Origin: a virus
DNA length: 64,000 nt
Reading direction: 5' to 3' (one strand)
IMG/VR virus record: IMGVR_UViG_3300042691_013609
Span: 57,239-121,238 of that record
How positions within the stretch are numbered: the first letter of the stretch is position 1; each line of letters starts with the position of its first letter. The notes under the pieces are model-generated. The model saw nothing but the letters and a program-made list of their open reading frames with translations. It was not told where the DNA came from and made no database searches. This document shows, piece after piece, positions 46,684 to 58,016 of the stretch. The position numbers and the translations under genes are program-made.

Positions 46684-49368
46684 GTGGCGGAAATTCCATC
46701 TAATTGCAAAACAATTTTAGTTGACCAAGAGTGCTGCGATAGAATCCAATACTATCCAAGCACTGAGTCTATTCCTTTAGAAGGAGAGTTAAATGTTTTG
46801 TATGTAGACCAAAGCACAGGTAATGTTTATGTTTGGAATGGTACACAATATTTAGGCGGGTATACTGGAACTGGGGCGCAAGGAATACAAGGAATACAAG
46901 GATTAACAGGATTACAAGGCTCAAATGGTATTCAGGGTATTACAGGAATACAAGGAGCTCAAGGATTAAAGGGGTCTCAAGGTGCCATAGGTATACAAGG
47001 TAAAAATGGAATTCAAGGTACACAAGGCTTATTAGGGTATCAAGGTATTATTGGTTCTAAAGGGCTACAAGGAATACAAGGTACTTCTGGGCAGCAAGGT
47101 TTAACTGGATATGGAGTACAAGGTACTCAAGGATCAAAAGGTTCGCAAGGGACTATAGGAGTCCAAGGTAAAGACGGTATCCAGGGATTTTATGGATTAC
47201 AGGGGACACAAGGTATATCCGGATCTAAAGGATTGCAAGGAGTCCAAGGCATAACTGGTACACAAGGTGCCACAGGATATGGCATACAAGGGGCAAAAGG
47301 AGCCCAAGGTATACAAGGTACTACAGGTATTCAAGGAGAAGATGGAGTACAAGGATTTCACGGCTTTCAAGGAACTCAAGGTATTTCAGGATCTAAAGGA
47401 AGCCAAGGAGTACAAGGCATATCTGGACACCAAGGACTAATTGGAATTGGCGTACAAGGTATACAAGGTTACGATGGAGCCCAAGGTCAATCTGGAATAC
47501 AAGGTAAGAATGGTGTACAAGGTTTTTATGGCTTACAAGGCATACAAGGTACAAGTGGGTGCGAAGGGGCACAAGGAACGCAGGGAATACAAGGGGCCCA
47601 AGGTATTATAGGTTCTTCTGGCTCTCAGGGTATCCAAGGTGCAAAAGGGTCACAAGGAACAGTTGGCATTCAAGGAAGACAAGGTACGCAAGGAATTCAA
47701 GGATTAAAAGGAAACAACGGACTCCAAGGAATACAAGGCGCTAATGGTGCTCAGGGTATATTATACCAACAACTTTATACACTATCACAAAGTAATTGGA
47801 ATTTAGTAGCTGGTTTATATCAATACGATTTATTTGATTCGTATATAAACCAAGGAAGATATATAACAGTAACTCCAGTAAGACAGGATGATCCTATTGT
47901 AGATGCTGCACAAATAATGCCGGAAATAACAGTATTTCCTACATCTATAAGGATGTATTCTGTTAATTTACCTACTGCTGATTTTGATGTTTATTTATCA
48001 ATAGTAGAAGTGGGTATAGCTGGAGCGCAAGGCACACAAGGTATACAAGGTACCCAAGGACTTCAAGGATTGCAAGGTTTACAAGGTTTACAAGGAGTAC
48101 AAGGAATCCAAGGTATTCAGGGCTTGCAGGGACTTCAAGGATTACAAGGGGTTCAAGGAGAACAAGGAATACAAGGTTTTTTTGGTATTCAAGGGGCCCA
48201 AGGTATTCAAGGCTTACAAGGAGCACAAGGATTACAAGGAGCACAAGGAGTGCAGGGTTTCGTTGGGTTACAAGGACTCCAGGGAACAAGTGGGATTCAA
48301 GGGATTCAAGGCTTGCAGGGGCTTCAAGGAAGCAGGGGTGCTCAAGGTATACAAGGGACTATAGGATTGCAAGGGGTACAAGGCTTACAAGGGCTTCAAG
48401 GGATTCAGGGAATTCAAGGTCTACAAGGCTTACAAGGTTTGATAGGTGTCCAAGGAATACAAGGGCTTCAAGGGCTTCAGGGAATTCAAGGGGTACAAGG
48501 AGTTCAGGGAAATTTTGGAATACAGGGTTTTGACGGAGCACAGGGTGTACAAGGCATCCAGGGAGGCCAAGGTACCCAAGGTCTTTTAGGAGTACAGGGT
48601 AACGATGGTTTAATAGGCCCCCAAGGAATACAGGGTGTACAAGGCATCCAGGGCACACAAGGAATCCAGGGGGTAACCGGAGAAAAAGGTATAAGTTCTG
48701 GATTAGTATTATATTTAGATGGAGTTGGAGGATCAGCACCTGTCAGCCATAACTTATTAACAAATCCAAATACAGGTACACAAACCTCTATAACTACTTC
48801 GGTTAATAACTCAACACCCACATTAGTTGGAACTTTTGTTACAGATACAGGTGTTCCAAATTCTACAACAGTAGCTGGGGGGTTTTGGAATTTATTTCTT
48901 TATGCTAGCCGCACTACTCAGAATGTAAGATTTTGGATTGATGTTAAAGAAGTAGCATCAGATGGCGTTACGGTTTTACAAACTTTAGCTTCTGGAGCAT
49001 ACGCACAAGGTACTGTAGTTACTGCGACAATTGCTACTGTGTATGATTTTTCAGTGTACGTCCCATTAACTTCATTAGCTAATTCTAGTAGCCGAATATT
49101 GATTGATATTTATGCTCAATCTGAATCAGGAGGTCCAACCTTTACTTCGTATTTAAGAGATGGTACTATATCATACTTAGTTAGTACAATTTCTAGTAAT
49201 ATACAGGGTGTACAAGGGATGCAAGGAATTATTGGTACACAAGGGGGGTCAGGAATACAAGGTCTACAAGGGTTACAAGGTATAACTGGTGCCCAAGGAA
49301 TACAAGGGCTTCAAGGATTGCAAGGGGCCGATAATAATTCAATAGTTAATGCATTAATATTTGGGTAA
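46684..49368 (+). CDS. Collagen-like fibre protein (Gly-X-Gln repeats) 1
   Basis: Three GxQ tracts separated by globular domains. Confidence 0.85.
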   Translation: MAEIPSNCKTILVDQECCDRIQYYPSTESIPLEGELNVLYVDQSTGNVYVWNGTQYLGGYTGTGAQGIQGIQGLTGLQGSNGIQGITGIQGAQGLKGSQGAIGIQGKNGIQGTQGLLGYQGIIGSKGLQGIQGTSGQQGLTGYGVQGTQGSKGSQGTIGVQGKDGIQGFYGLQGTQGISGSKGLQGVQGITGTQGATGYGIQGAKGAQGIQGTTGIQGEDGVQGFHGFQGTQGISGSKGSQGVQGISGHQGLIGIGVQGIQGYDGAQGQSGIQGKNGVQGFYGLQGIQGTSGCEGAQGTQGIQGAQGIIGSSGSQGIQGAKGSQGTVGIQGRQGTQGIQGLKGNNGLQGIQGANGAQGILYQQLYTLSQSNWNLVAGLYQYDLFDSYINQGRYITVTPVRQDDPIVDAAQIMPEITVFPTSIRMYSVNLPTADFDVYLSIVEVGIAGAQGTQGIQGTQGLQGLQGLQGLQGVQGIQGIQGLQGLQGLQGVQGEQGIQGFFGIQGAQGIQGLQGAQGLQGAQGVQGFVGLQGLQGTSGIQGIQGLQGLQGSRGAQGIQGTIGLQGVQGLQGLQGIQGIQGLQGLQGLIGVQGIQGLQGLQGIQGVQGVQGNFGIQGFDGAQGVQGIQGGQGTQGLLGVQGNDGLIGPQGIQGVQGIQGTQGIQGVTGEKGISSGLVLYLDGVGGSAPVSHNLLTNPNTGTQTSITTSVNNSTPTLVGTFVTDTGVPNSTTVAGGFWNLFLYASRTTQNVRFWIDVKEVASDGVTVLQTLASGAYAQGTVVTATIATVYDFSVYVPLTSLANSSSRILIDIYAQSESGGPTFTSYLRDGTISYLVSTISSNIQGVQGMQGIIGTQGGSGIQGLQGLQGITGAQGIQGLQGLQGADNNSIVNALIFG

Positions 49369-49895
49369 TGAAAGATTTTATAACTCCATTATATACTTTT
49401 TCGCCAGGTCTTTCTGGAGTTGGTTATGTTGATTTAAACGGCATAGCGGATTTTGATATAAAAAGATTAGTAGCTATTATAAACCAAACAAATGGTTCTA
49501 TTATTTACGCTACTGCAACCCCGTCCGCAAAATATACAAATGTAACTGGAACACAAGTAACTTTATTTGCGGATACGTCTGGGCAAAATTCAGCAGACAA
49601 TTTACAAATTGTATATAATTCAAAAGAGGATTTACCTGTTACTGATTCTAATTTAGCTGATTTAGTTAAGTTAATGAGTAGAATGGTAAAACAATTAGAT
49701 TCATTAGCTGTAGTTGATTCTGCTCAAAGACAAAAAATTGCGATTGATGCGGGAACGTTATCAACAGTATCGACTGTGACAACAGTAGCGACTGTGTCAA
49801 ATATTGCTTTAGTTTCTGGTATGGGGATTGAACAATACTTAAATATAGCTAGAAATACTTACGCAAACGGGATTAGAAGTAAATTATCATTTTAA
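49368..49895 (+). CDS. Putative fibre/tail-associated protein
   Basis: Translationally coupled between fibre genes. Confidence 0.55.
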   Translation: MKDFITPLYTFSPGLSGVGYVDLNGIADFDIKRLVAIINQTNGSIIYATATPSAKYTNVTGTQVTLFADTSGQNSADNLQIVYNSKEDLPVTDSNLADLVKLMSRMVKQLDSLAVVDSAQRQKIAIDAGTLSTVSTVTTVATVSNIALVSGMGIEQYLNIARNTYANGIRSKLSF

Positions 49896-49909
49896 AAAAA
49901 TAATGGTGT

Positions 49910-52900
49910 ATGCCACTTACAAATAATTTAAAACAACAAGTTGATTTACCAGTATGGGAATGGTGCAGATTTGCGCCAATTAGTACAACTAGTGTATCTG
50001 CATTAACAACATCTAGAGATGGTTCAAATAGATACTTATATTATCTTTCATCGACACAATTGTATAAATACGATACAATAGGAGATGCATGGTCTGTTTT
50101 AAGTGTGGGGCCTACTCCATCTGTAGCTATGTCTTTAAAATATGTAAAAAATAAAGGATATAGAGGTAATGTTTTAAGTGCTACATCTTCTACACTTCAG
50201 ATATCATCAACTGGTGTTAATTTAGATGGGTATAAAATAAGGATTATTTCTGGGACAGGAGCCGGGCAAGAAAGGACAATAGTTTCCACAAATGCAGAAG
50301 TTGTACATGATTTTGGAGTAGCGACTACTGCAACTCAAAGTGCTATTGGAGATAACTTAAAAAAATGGAAATTTAATGAATGGGAAGGGTATTCAGTAAG
50401 GGTTGTTTTTAATACTGGTTTATCACAGTATAGGGAAATATTGTATAATGATACCAATTCAGTTGCAGTAAATGATTCAAATTACGAAGGCAGAAATTTT
50501 TCAATGGCCCCTCTTCAATCAGGGTCTCCATATGGCACATTAACTGCTACTGTTCCAAATCAGGCTGATTTTTTTATAGTATCTCAAACTGTAAATTTAG
50601 ATTCTGCATGGGCTACCACTCCAGATGATTCATCTAAGTTTATGATTATGTCAGATGGTATATGGATGTTTTCTAATACAATGATGTATTACTATGATAT
50701 ACTTAGTGATAGATGGGTACAAAAAATGCTTCCTTCCGGTATTGTGCAAGGAGGTAGTGTATTTAGTACTGATTTAGCTATACTTCCAACTACAGAAATA
50801 TCTGGAACTCTTTTATCTGGGACCCCAACTTCTGTTACAAATTATTCTTTAACTGATAATACATTAACATTAACTAAAGGGGCTTGGATTAATTATGCTA
50901 TTAAAATAGTTTCTGGGCCAGGAGCCGGGCAAGAAAGAAGAATAGTAAATAATACTTCGGATAAATTTTCGATACAAAAAAGATGGGATATAAATCCAGA
51001 TATAACTAGCCAATATATAATAACTTCTGAAGATGCTATTTATTTTTCTGGTAACGCCAGAGCTCAGTTATTAAAACAACATCCGGAACAATCTTTGTGG
51101 ACTACTGGAAATATGAGCGATTACGGAGTTCCAAAAAACTTCGCATTGATAAAGAATGATAAATGGCAAAATCATGCAGCTAGTTCAGCCAATAGAGTAA
51201 CAAATGGTATAACTGGAGTAAATGCAACTCCTACAGTAGCAGGAAGTGGTTATACTATAGGAGACTTATTAACTATTTCAACTGGAGGTACATTAGGCAG
51301 AGTTATAGTAGAAAATATTTCATCTACTGGACAAGTTCTTTCTGTGTCTTTGTATACATGTGGTTCTGGATATACTACTGGAACTGGCAAAGCAACTACT
51401 GGTGGAACAGGAACTGGGTGTACTATAGAAATTACAAGCGTAGGTACAATTGGAGTTATAACCACCCCTATATTTCATGATTTTAAGGTTAGTGAGACTT
51501 TTACTTTTGCAGGGGCTACCGAAACAGCGTGGAATACTTCATATACAATACTTGGTATTCAAAGTTTAAATATAATAGAAGTTGCTATAACTGCAACAGC
51601 TAATGCTATAGCAAAATATTTACAAGCAGCTACTTTATTAGTAGATGCTGATAAAAATTGGATTCCAAATGAGCATGCTGGAAAACTTTTAGGTTTTCAA
51701 GCATCTACTTTAACAGGAATAACGACATGGAGAAGAATTTTAGGAAATTCAGAAACAACAATTTCTTTTATATCTGGAACCTCTCCAGTAAATGGCAACT
51801 CTAGATATTTTATACAAGATCTTGATGCTTTTGGTGATGATAAACAATATCCTCCAGATAATCAAATATCTTTTGGATATCCTACTTCTGCGAATATATC
51901 ATCTATAACTAATTCGTCAAACAATTGGGTACCAGGCGCGTACATAAATAATAAAATATTATTAACTGATTCTAACGGATTATCCGTAGAAAACATTATA
52001 ACAAATAATACAAAAACAGTTTTAAGTTTTGGCAGGAATGTTATTGTAGGATCTGGTACAAACGCAATTGCTTATAATGATTTTAATGGAGTAGGTACAT
52101 ATATAGGACTTGGAACTAGCATATTTTCTACTCAAGGCAATGGTATAGTTTGGACTGGAACTAGATTTGTTGCGGTAGGTGCAGGAACAAATACAATAGC
52201 TTGGTCAAATGATGGTATTAACTGGAATGCTTTAGGCGCTACTATACATTCAACATCTGGCTTAGGTTTAGCTTTTAATGGAGTTAGATTTGTAACAGTA
52301 GGATCTGGGACAAATACTATTGCTTGGGGATATGATAATACAGCTGTTGCTGCTATTACAGGACTTGGAGCTACAGTATTTACAACACAAGGTAACGCCA
52401 TAGCATGGAACGGATCTATATGGGTAGCAGTAGGACAAGGTACTAATAGTATTGCTTGGGCTAATGATACTGGGACATTTGCGTTTACTGGTTTGGGTAC
52501 AGCAACATTTTCTACAGCAGGTAGAGGGATTTGTTGGGCAGGGACTCAATGGATAGCAGTAGGTAATGGTACAAATTCAATAGCTACTTCTACAAATGGC
52601 ACTACTTGGACAGGTCTTGGATCTACAATATTTACGACACAAGGTAATGCAGTAGCATGGAATGGAACTAGAGCAGTTGCCGTAGGTTCCGGAACTAATA
52701 CTATTGCATATTCTAATGATAATGGCGCAACTTGGACAGGTCTCGGTACCACTATATTTTCAACTTCAGGTAATACAATTAGTTGGAATGGAACATATTG
52801 GGTAGCTGGTGGTCAAGGTACAAATACAACCGCTTATTCATCGGATGGTATTACTTGGACTGCAAATGGTTCTACAGGGTTAACTACAACAACAAATGGA

Positions 52901-53614
52901 TCAACGAGCACTACTCCTTTGCAGTCTGTAGTTCCAAATATAGGTTTAACCCCAGATACTAATACTAGGTATAAAATATTTGATTCTACGGGACATGTAA
53001 TATCTGGATCTACTACTAGCTTAACAGATCCTACAAAAAAATGGAAAGTAAATCAATGGGCTGGAAAAAGAGTTTTAATAACATCTGGAGATGCTGCTGG
53101 ATATGAGCATACTATAACAACAAATACTGCAACTCAATTAACATGGGCAACTAGTGTTTCTCCTACTTTGAACTCAACGTATACAATTATAGGGAGACCT
53201 GTTGTTGGAACTGGTATTGGCTTAGAATGGAATTTTAATGGGTCAGCAGATAAAGGTAAATACTTATATGCTACAAGAGGTAGCGGGTCTCATACATTAG
53301 ATATTTATAATATAAATACTAATAAATGGGATTACGGTAAATTTATTTTAGGCCACGGTTCTTTATTAACAACAGGCACAATGTATGCCTATGATGAAGA
53401 TAGAATCTATTTTTTAGCAAATAATACAAATCAAGTTTACTATTATAATATAGTAAAAAATGAAATAGTACCTTTTGCGACCATACCGTATGGTATGAGT
53501 ACAACTATCCTAAGCAATAGGATGGAAATTATAAAAACAAGTGATGGTTTAAAATACTTATATATAATGAGGCACTCTGGGGCGGAAATGTGGAGAACAT
53601 TAATATACTATTAA
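49910..53614 (+). CDS. Large tail/adhesin protein with beta-propeller-like repeats
   Basis: About six ~44-aa repeats GLG.T.FSTQGN..AWNG...VAVG.GTNTIA.S.DG..W; T/G/S-rich. Confidence 0.75.
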   Translation: MPLTNNLKQQVDLPVWEWCRFAPISTTSVSALTTSRDGSNRYLYYLSSTQLYKYDTIGDAWSVLSVGPTPSVAMSLKYVKNKGYRGNVLSATSSTLQISSTGVNLDGYKIRIISGTGAGQERTIVSTNAEVVHDFGVATTATQSAIGDNLKKWKFNEWEGYSVRVVFNTGLSQYREILYNDTNSVAVNDSNYEGRNFSMAPLQSGSPYGTLTATVPNQADFFIVSQTVNLDSAWATTPDDSSKFMIMSDGIWMFSNTMMYYYDILSDRWVQKMLPSGIVQGGSVFSTDLAILPTTEISGTLLSGTPTSVTNYSLTDNTLTLTKGAWINYAIKIVSGPGAGQERRIVNNTSDKFSIQKRWDINPDITSQYIITSEDAIYFSGNARAQLLKQHPEQSLWTTGNMSDYGVPKNFALIKNDKWQNHAASSANRVTNGITGVNATPTVAGSGYTIGDLLTISTGGTLGRVIVENISSTGQVLSVSLYTCGSGYTTGTGKATTGGTGTGCTIEITSVGTIGVITTPIFHDFKVSETFTFAGATETAWNTSYTILGIQSLNIIEVAITATANAIAKYLQAATLLVDADKNWIPNEHAGKLLGFQASTLTGITTWRRILGNSETTISFISGTSPVNGNSRYFIQDLDAFGDDKQYPPDNQISFGYPTSANISSITNSSNNWVPGAYINNKILLTDSNGLSVENIITNNTKTVLSFGRNVIVGSGTNAIAYNDFNGVGTYIGLGTSIFSTQGNGIVWTGTRFVAVGAGTNTIAWSNDGINWNALGATIHSTSGLGLAFNGVRFVTVGSGTNTIAWGYDNTAVAAITGLGATVFTTQGNAIAWNGSIWVAVGQGTNSIAWANDTGTFAFTGLGTATFSTAGRGICWAGTQWIAVGNGTNSIATSTNGTTWTGLGSTIFTTQGNAVAWNGTRAVAVGSGTNTIAYSNDNGATWTGLGTTIFSTSGNTISWNGTYWVAGGQGTNTTAYSSDGITWTANGSTGLTTTTNGSTSTTPLQSVVPNIGLTPDTNTRYKIFDSTGHVISGSTTSLTDPTKKWKVNQWAGKRVLITSGDAAGYEHTITTNTATQLTWATSVSPTLNSTYTIIGRPVVGTGIGLEWNFNGSADKGKYLYATRGSGSHTLDIYNINTNKWDYGKFILGHGSLLTTGTMYAYDEDRIYFLANNTNQVYYYNIVKNEIVPFATIPYGMSTTILSNRMEIIKTSDGLKYLYIMRHSGAEMWRTLIYY

Positions 53615-53627
53615 AATTATATATAAT

Positions 53628-53780
53628 ATGAACGTAGATCAAATAAAACAAATACTTCAAAATAAATTGCAAACATTACATAACATGAAAATGGATGCAA
53701 TAAATACTGGAGATTTAGAATTAGTTGTAAAAATAGATACTGAATTACTAGAAACAGAATCTACATTAAATAAATTATAA
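53628..53780 (+). CDS. Small coiled-coil protein (not in the ORF track)
   Basis: MNVDQIKQILQNKLQTL...TESTLNKL* fills the gap between fibre genes. Confidence 0.6.
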   Translation: MNVDQIKQILQNKLQTLHNMKMDAINTGDLELVVKIDTELLETESTLNKL

Positions 53781-53788
53781 CAAACTAA

Positions 53789-56700
53789 ATGACTGTAGGT
53801 AGTTTTATAGCTAACGGTGGTAGTGGGGGAAGCGGAGGAAGCGGAGCCCAAGGTATCCAGGGTATTCAAGGAATCCAGGGGACACAAGGAGCTATTGGAA
53901 CACAAGGTCTAAGGGGTATACAAGGTATACAAGGATCCCAAGGAAATATTGGAATACAGGGTTTGCAAGGTGTTCAAGGGGCACAAGGTTTAAGAGGTTC
54001 CCAAGGAATTCAAGGAAACCAAGGTGTGCAAGGAACACAAGGGGCTTCTGGAAATAGTGGGTTACAAGGATCCCAAGGCGCAAACGGAAGCCAAGGATTA
54101 CAGGGTTCTAATGGATTACAAGGAGTACAAGGTTTACAAGGCAACCAAGGTTCAGTAGGATTACAAGGGTCTATAGGAACTCAAGGTTTCCAAGGGACTC
54201 AAGGAATCCAAGGAAATGAAGGTACTCAAGGTGTGCAGGGAATTCAGGGCTCTCAAGGTTCAATAGGAATTCAAGGCACTCAAGGTATTTTTGGAAATCA
54301 AGGTACTAATGGGTCTCAAGGGATTCAGGGAGTTCAAGGAGATAATGGTACTCAAGGCACTCAAGGCTTGCTTGGGTTTCAAGGTTTAGCTGGTTCCGCA
54401 AGTTCACAAGGCATCCAAGGGATACAAGGTGATTTAGGCATACAAGGGATCCAAGGGTTACAGGGATTAATTGGACAGGGAATTCAAGGTTTTTTTGGTA
54501 TTCAAGGTTTTACAGGAATTCAAGGAGTTCAAGGTTTACAAGGATTAACTGGATCTCAAGGCGCAACAGGATTACAAGGTTCTAATGGAACTCAAGGTAG
54601 CGCAGGATCTCAGGGCTCTACTGGATTACAAGGTTCTAATGGAACTCAAGGTATTCAAGGTATTCAAGGTATTCAAGGTTTACAAGGAAATATAGGATTA
54701 CAAGGGATTACTGGAAGCCAAGGAGCAACAGGTACTCAAGGTTTACAAGGTTTACAAGGGTTACAAGGTAGACAGGGTACAACTGGTTTGCAAGGAGCAA
54801 CAGGTACTCAAGGTTTACAAGGTTTACAAGGGTTACAAGGTAGACAGGGTACAACTGGTTTGCAAGGAGCAACAGGTACTCAAGGTTTACAAGGGTTACA
54901 AGGTAGACAGGGTACAACTGGTTTGCAGGGTTCTAATGGAACTCAAGGAATACAGGGTATTCAAGGTATTCAAGGAAACACAGGATTGCAGGGTTCTAAT
55001 GGAACTCAAGGCTTTACTGGAACTCAAGGTATTCAAGGAAGTACCGGATTACAAGGTTCTAATGGAACTCAGGGTTTACAAGGATTTATAGGTAATCAAG
55101 GTACTCAGGGATTTCAAGGAACTATCGGTACTACTGGATTAACTGGTTTACAAGGGTCTCAAGGTTCACAAGGTACTCAAGGTTCACAAGGTACTCAAGG
55201 TTTACAAGGTAGTGTAGGATTACAAGGATTACAAGGATTTATAGGTAATCAAGGTACCCAGGGATTACAAGGTTTAAATGGTTTTCAAGGAGTCCAAGGT
55301 CTACAAGGATTTAATGGAGCTCAAGGCATTCAAGGAACTCAAGGCTTGCTTGGGTTTCAAGGTTTAGCTGGTTCCGCAAGTTCACAAGGCATCCAAGGGA
55401 TACAAGGTGATTTAGGCATACAGGGTATACAGGGTATTCAAGGAGCTTTTGGAGTAATAGGTAATGAAGGTCCGCAGGGTATACAGGGTATACAAGGAAG
55501 GCAGGGAATACAAGGGATTCAAGGAAGTAATGGTATTCAAGGTCTGCAAGGATTACAAGGATTACAAGGAGTACAAGGAGTACAAGGAAATAATGGTTTA
55601 CAGGGAATTCAAGGAATTCAGGGGTCAATAGGGGCTCAAGGGTTGCAAGGAATACAGGGTCTAAACGGATTGCAAGGTCTTCAAGGCTTTACAGGTCTCC
55701 AAGGATTGCAAGGGTTACAGGGATCAATAGGAGTTCAAGGGTTGCAAGGAATTCAAGGCAACCAAGGAACAACTGGTAATACTGGACCTACTGGCTCACA
55801 AGGTACTCAAGGTGCTCAAGGTTTTACTGGGGCCCAAGGTTTACAAGGTAGTACTGGATCTCAAGGTACGCAGGGTTTACAAGGTGGAGTTGGTCAAAGA
55901 GGTTTACAAGGTACAGATGGAGCTCAAGGAACAACTGGATTACAGGGGCCACAAGGAACTCAAGGTATTTTTGGATTAACAGGATTACAAGGCCCTCAAG
56001 GCACTCAAGGATCAAATGGATCACAAGGATTACAGGGATCAAATGGCTCTCAGGGTATTCAAGGAATACAGGGACCAATTGGTCCGCAAGGTATACAAGG
56101 GCTTCAAGGAGGCAACGGTACGCAAGGAATACAGGGCCCATGTTGTCAAGGAACAATAAAAGACCTTTCATTAGTTTCTTCTTCACATAATACATCTCAA
56201 GCTTTAGGCGGAGATTACACAGATATAGCTTTTAATACAGATTCTATTGTATCTGGAGGGAGAGTCTCACATGATCCAACAGGATTTATAACAAATAATG
56301 CCAGATTCACAGCTAATATAACTGGTAACTTTTTAGTTCAGTATACTTTAAGATGGAGTAAGGCTACAGATAATGTTTATTTATATGCTAGGCTAGCAAA
56401 AAATGGCACGGCTGTAACTGATTCTATAAGATACTCACATACTTCCACTACTGCTCTGAATGAAGTTTCAGGTCAATATATAATTAGTTTAGCTGCTAAT
56501 GATTATATAACCCTACAAGGCAGATCGAGTACAGGAGCAGACGGTAGCTGGGATAATGCTTATATAGAAGTTGTACATTTAGCCAATGAAGGTCCACAAG
56601 GTACAACAGGAATACAAGGTATTCAAGGTATACAAAGTTTACAAGGAATTCAAGGCATTCAAGGTTCTTCTGGGGGAGGTGGCGGTGAATATACCGCATC

Positions 56701-57019
56701 TTTAGTAGATGCCCCAACAAATGGAACCACCTTAACATTAGCTAGATCTAATGAGACATACATGAGAACCCAGTTAACAAATGCTAACTCGTTTACAATA
56801 GGATTAGCAACTCAGTCAACTGGATATGTAAATGAATATATTTTTATATTTAAGACAGGTGCAAGTGTTCCCACATTAACCCAACCAGGAGGAATTGTTT
56901 GGAGGGGGCAAACTCCTTCAATAAGTACAAATGAGACTTGGACTATAGTTTATGAATATGTCCAAGTAAGCGGAACTCCTACTTGGGAAATATATGGCAC
57001 TGCGGTTAAAAATGTATAA
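53789..57019 (+). CDS. Collagen-like fibre protein (Gly-X-Gln repeats) 2 with C1q-like domain
   Basis: Near-continuous GxQ tract at about 53850-56150, then a C1q-like domain and a C-terminal domain. Confidence 0.85.
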   Translation: MTVGSFIANGGSGGSGGSGAQGIQGIQGIQGTQGAIGTQGLRGIQGIQGSQGNIGIQGLQGVQGAQGLRGSQGIQGNQGVQGTQGASGNSGLQGSQGANGSQGLQGSNGLQGVQGLQGNQGSVGLQGSIGTQGFQGTQGIQGNEGTQGVQGIQGSQGSIGIQGTQGIFGNQGTNGSQGIQGVQGDNGTQGTQGLLGFQGLAGSASSQGIQGIQGDLGIQGIQGLQGLIGQGIQGFFGIQGFTGIQGVQGLQGLTGSQGATGLQGSNGTQGSAGSQGSTGLQGSNGTQGIQGIQGIQGLQGNIGLQGITGSQGATGTQGLQGLQGLQGRQGTTGLQGATGTQGLQGLQGLQGRQGTTGLQGATGTQGLQGLQGRQGTTGLQGSNGTQGIQGIQGIQGNTGLQGSNGTQGFTGTQGIQGSTGLQGSNGTQGLQGFIGNQGTQGFQGTIGTTGLTGLQGSQGSQGTQGSQGTQGLQGSVGLQGLQGFIGNQGTQGLQGLNGFQGVQGLQGFNGAQGIQGTQGLLGFQGLAGSASSQGIQGIQGDLGIQGIQGIQGAFGVIGNEGPQGIQGIQGRQGIQGIQGSNGIQGLQGLQGLQGVQGVQGNNGLQGIQGIQGSIGAQGLQGIQGLNGLQGLQGFTGLQGLQGLQGSIGVQGLQGIQGNQGTTGNTGPTGSQGTQGAQGFTGAQGLQGSTGSQGTQGLQGGVGQRGLQGTDGAQGTTGLQGPQGTQGIFGLTGLQGPQGTQGSNGSQGLQGSNGSQGIQGIQGPIGPQGIQGLQGGNGTQGIQGPCCQGTIKDLSLVSSSHNTSQALGGDYTDIAFNTDSIVSGGRVSHDPTGFITNNARFTANITGNFLVQYTLRWSKATDNVYLYARLAKNGTAVTDSIRYSHTSTTALNEVSGQYIISLAANDYITLQGRSSTGADGSWDNAYIEVVHLANEGPQGTTGIQGIQGIQSLQGIQGIQGSSGGGGGEYTASLVDAPTNGTTLTLARSNETYMRTQLTNANSFTIGLATQSTGYVNEYIFIFKTGASVPTLTQPGGIVWRGQTPSISTNETWTIVYEYVQVSGTPTWEIYGTAVKNV
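54719..54925 (+). repeat. Tandem DNA repeat (72+72+63 bp) inside the collagen-like gene
   Basis: Units start at 54719, 54791 and 54863 ([24 protein letters not shown]). Confidence 0.85.
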
Positions 57020-57021
57020 TT

Positions 57022-58014
57022 ATGCCTTATTTTTCTGAAAAATTATTTTTTCCAATAAATAAAAGTGTAAGAGTAGTTGCAATATCTACAACTACTTTTA
57101 TACCTAGAATTAATATAAATTTATCAGGCAGCTTAGATAGTAATGGGACTGCATTACCTCTTGCGTCAGGTACCCCTTTAACTTCTGTAATAGCTAGAAA
57201 TAACCCTAATGTAGTAGCAGTTACTATGAACTCTGCGTCTAGTGTAAGACTTGGTTATTATTCAACAAATGGGGGTTCTACATTTACATCTCACCCAACA
57301 TCTGTCGGATTTTGTGTGGGTTCCGCAATATCAGATGACGGTCAGTTTATTATATTTGCTAATTCATCCGCCCCGGCTACTATGTATTATACATATAATC
57401 AAGGGGGTACTTGGAGCACAAAATCTGCTAATAATGTATGTGGTAGTGTTTGCTGTTCTTCAGATGGGTCAAAAGTATTTATGTCTCCTACAAGTACGGC
57501 ATACGCTCAAGGAAGTATATCTACGAATAGTATGAGTACTTTATCTACTGTAACTATGCCAGCAACTGGATGGTATGGATGTTGTATGACTGGAGATGGT
57601 AGTAGAATTTGGGCGGCCCGGTACGCAAACGTAGCAAATAAATTAGTTTATTATTCTGATAATAATGGTTCAAGTTGGACTTCAGTTGTTGTTGATTCTG
57701 CAATAACTAGTAATCATGCTCAATTTATTAAATGCTCTAAAGATGGAAAACATTTAATTGTTGGGGGTCTAAATGCTGATGTTTATGTTAGTAATAACTC
57801 AGGAGCTAATTGGACTAAAAGAACAATGTCAGAAAACGTGTATGGGTTATCAGTAAACGTATCGTCTTCTGGGAGATATATGGTAGTTGTATCTACTGTT
57901 ACAAATGGAAGATTTTTTTATTCTAAAGATTTTGGAGCAACATGGGCATCCAAAACAATAAGCTCTTCAACTACTCAATTTAGATGTATAGCAATTGAAG
58001 AACAAACAAGTTAA
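57022..58014 (+). CDS. BNR/Asp-box beta-propeller protein (putative receptor binding)
   Basis: Repeated YS.[DN].G.[ST]W and S.DG motifs. Confidence 0.75.
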   Translation: MPYFSEKLFFPINKSVRVVAISTTTFIPRININLSGSLDSNGTALPLASGTPLTSVIARNNPNVVAVTMNSASSVRLGYYSTNGGSTFTSHPTSVGFCVGSAISDDGQFIIFANSSAPATMYYTYNQGGTWSTKSANNVCGSVCCSSDGSKVFMSPTSTAYAQGSISTNSMSTLSTVTMPATGWYGCCMTGDGSRIWAARYANVANKLVYYSDNNGSSWTSVVVDSAITSNHAQFIKCSKDGKHLIVGGLNADVYVSNNSGANWTKRTMSENVYGLSVNVSSSGRYMVVVSTVTNGRFFYSKDFGATWASKTISSSTTQFRCIAIEEQTS

Positions 58015-58016
58015 AT

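Noticed and set aside
54359-55422. Diversity-generating retroelement TR/VR pair
   Set aside because: The copies are identical with no adenine-specific differences, both lie inside a repeat tract, and no reverse transcriptase is seen.
47197-56738. Short alternative-frame and antisense ORFs over the collagen-like and adhesin genes
   Set aside because: They are by-products of repetitive codon structure; the many antisense ORFs elsewhere in the track are likewise shadows of longer genes.
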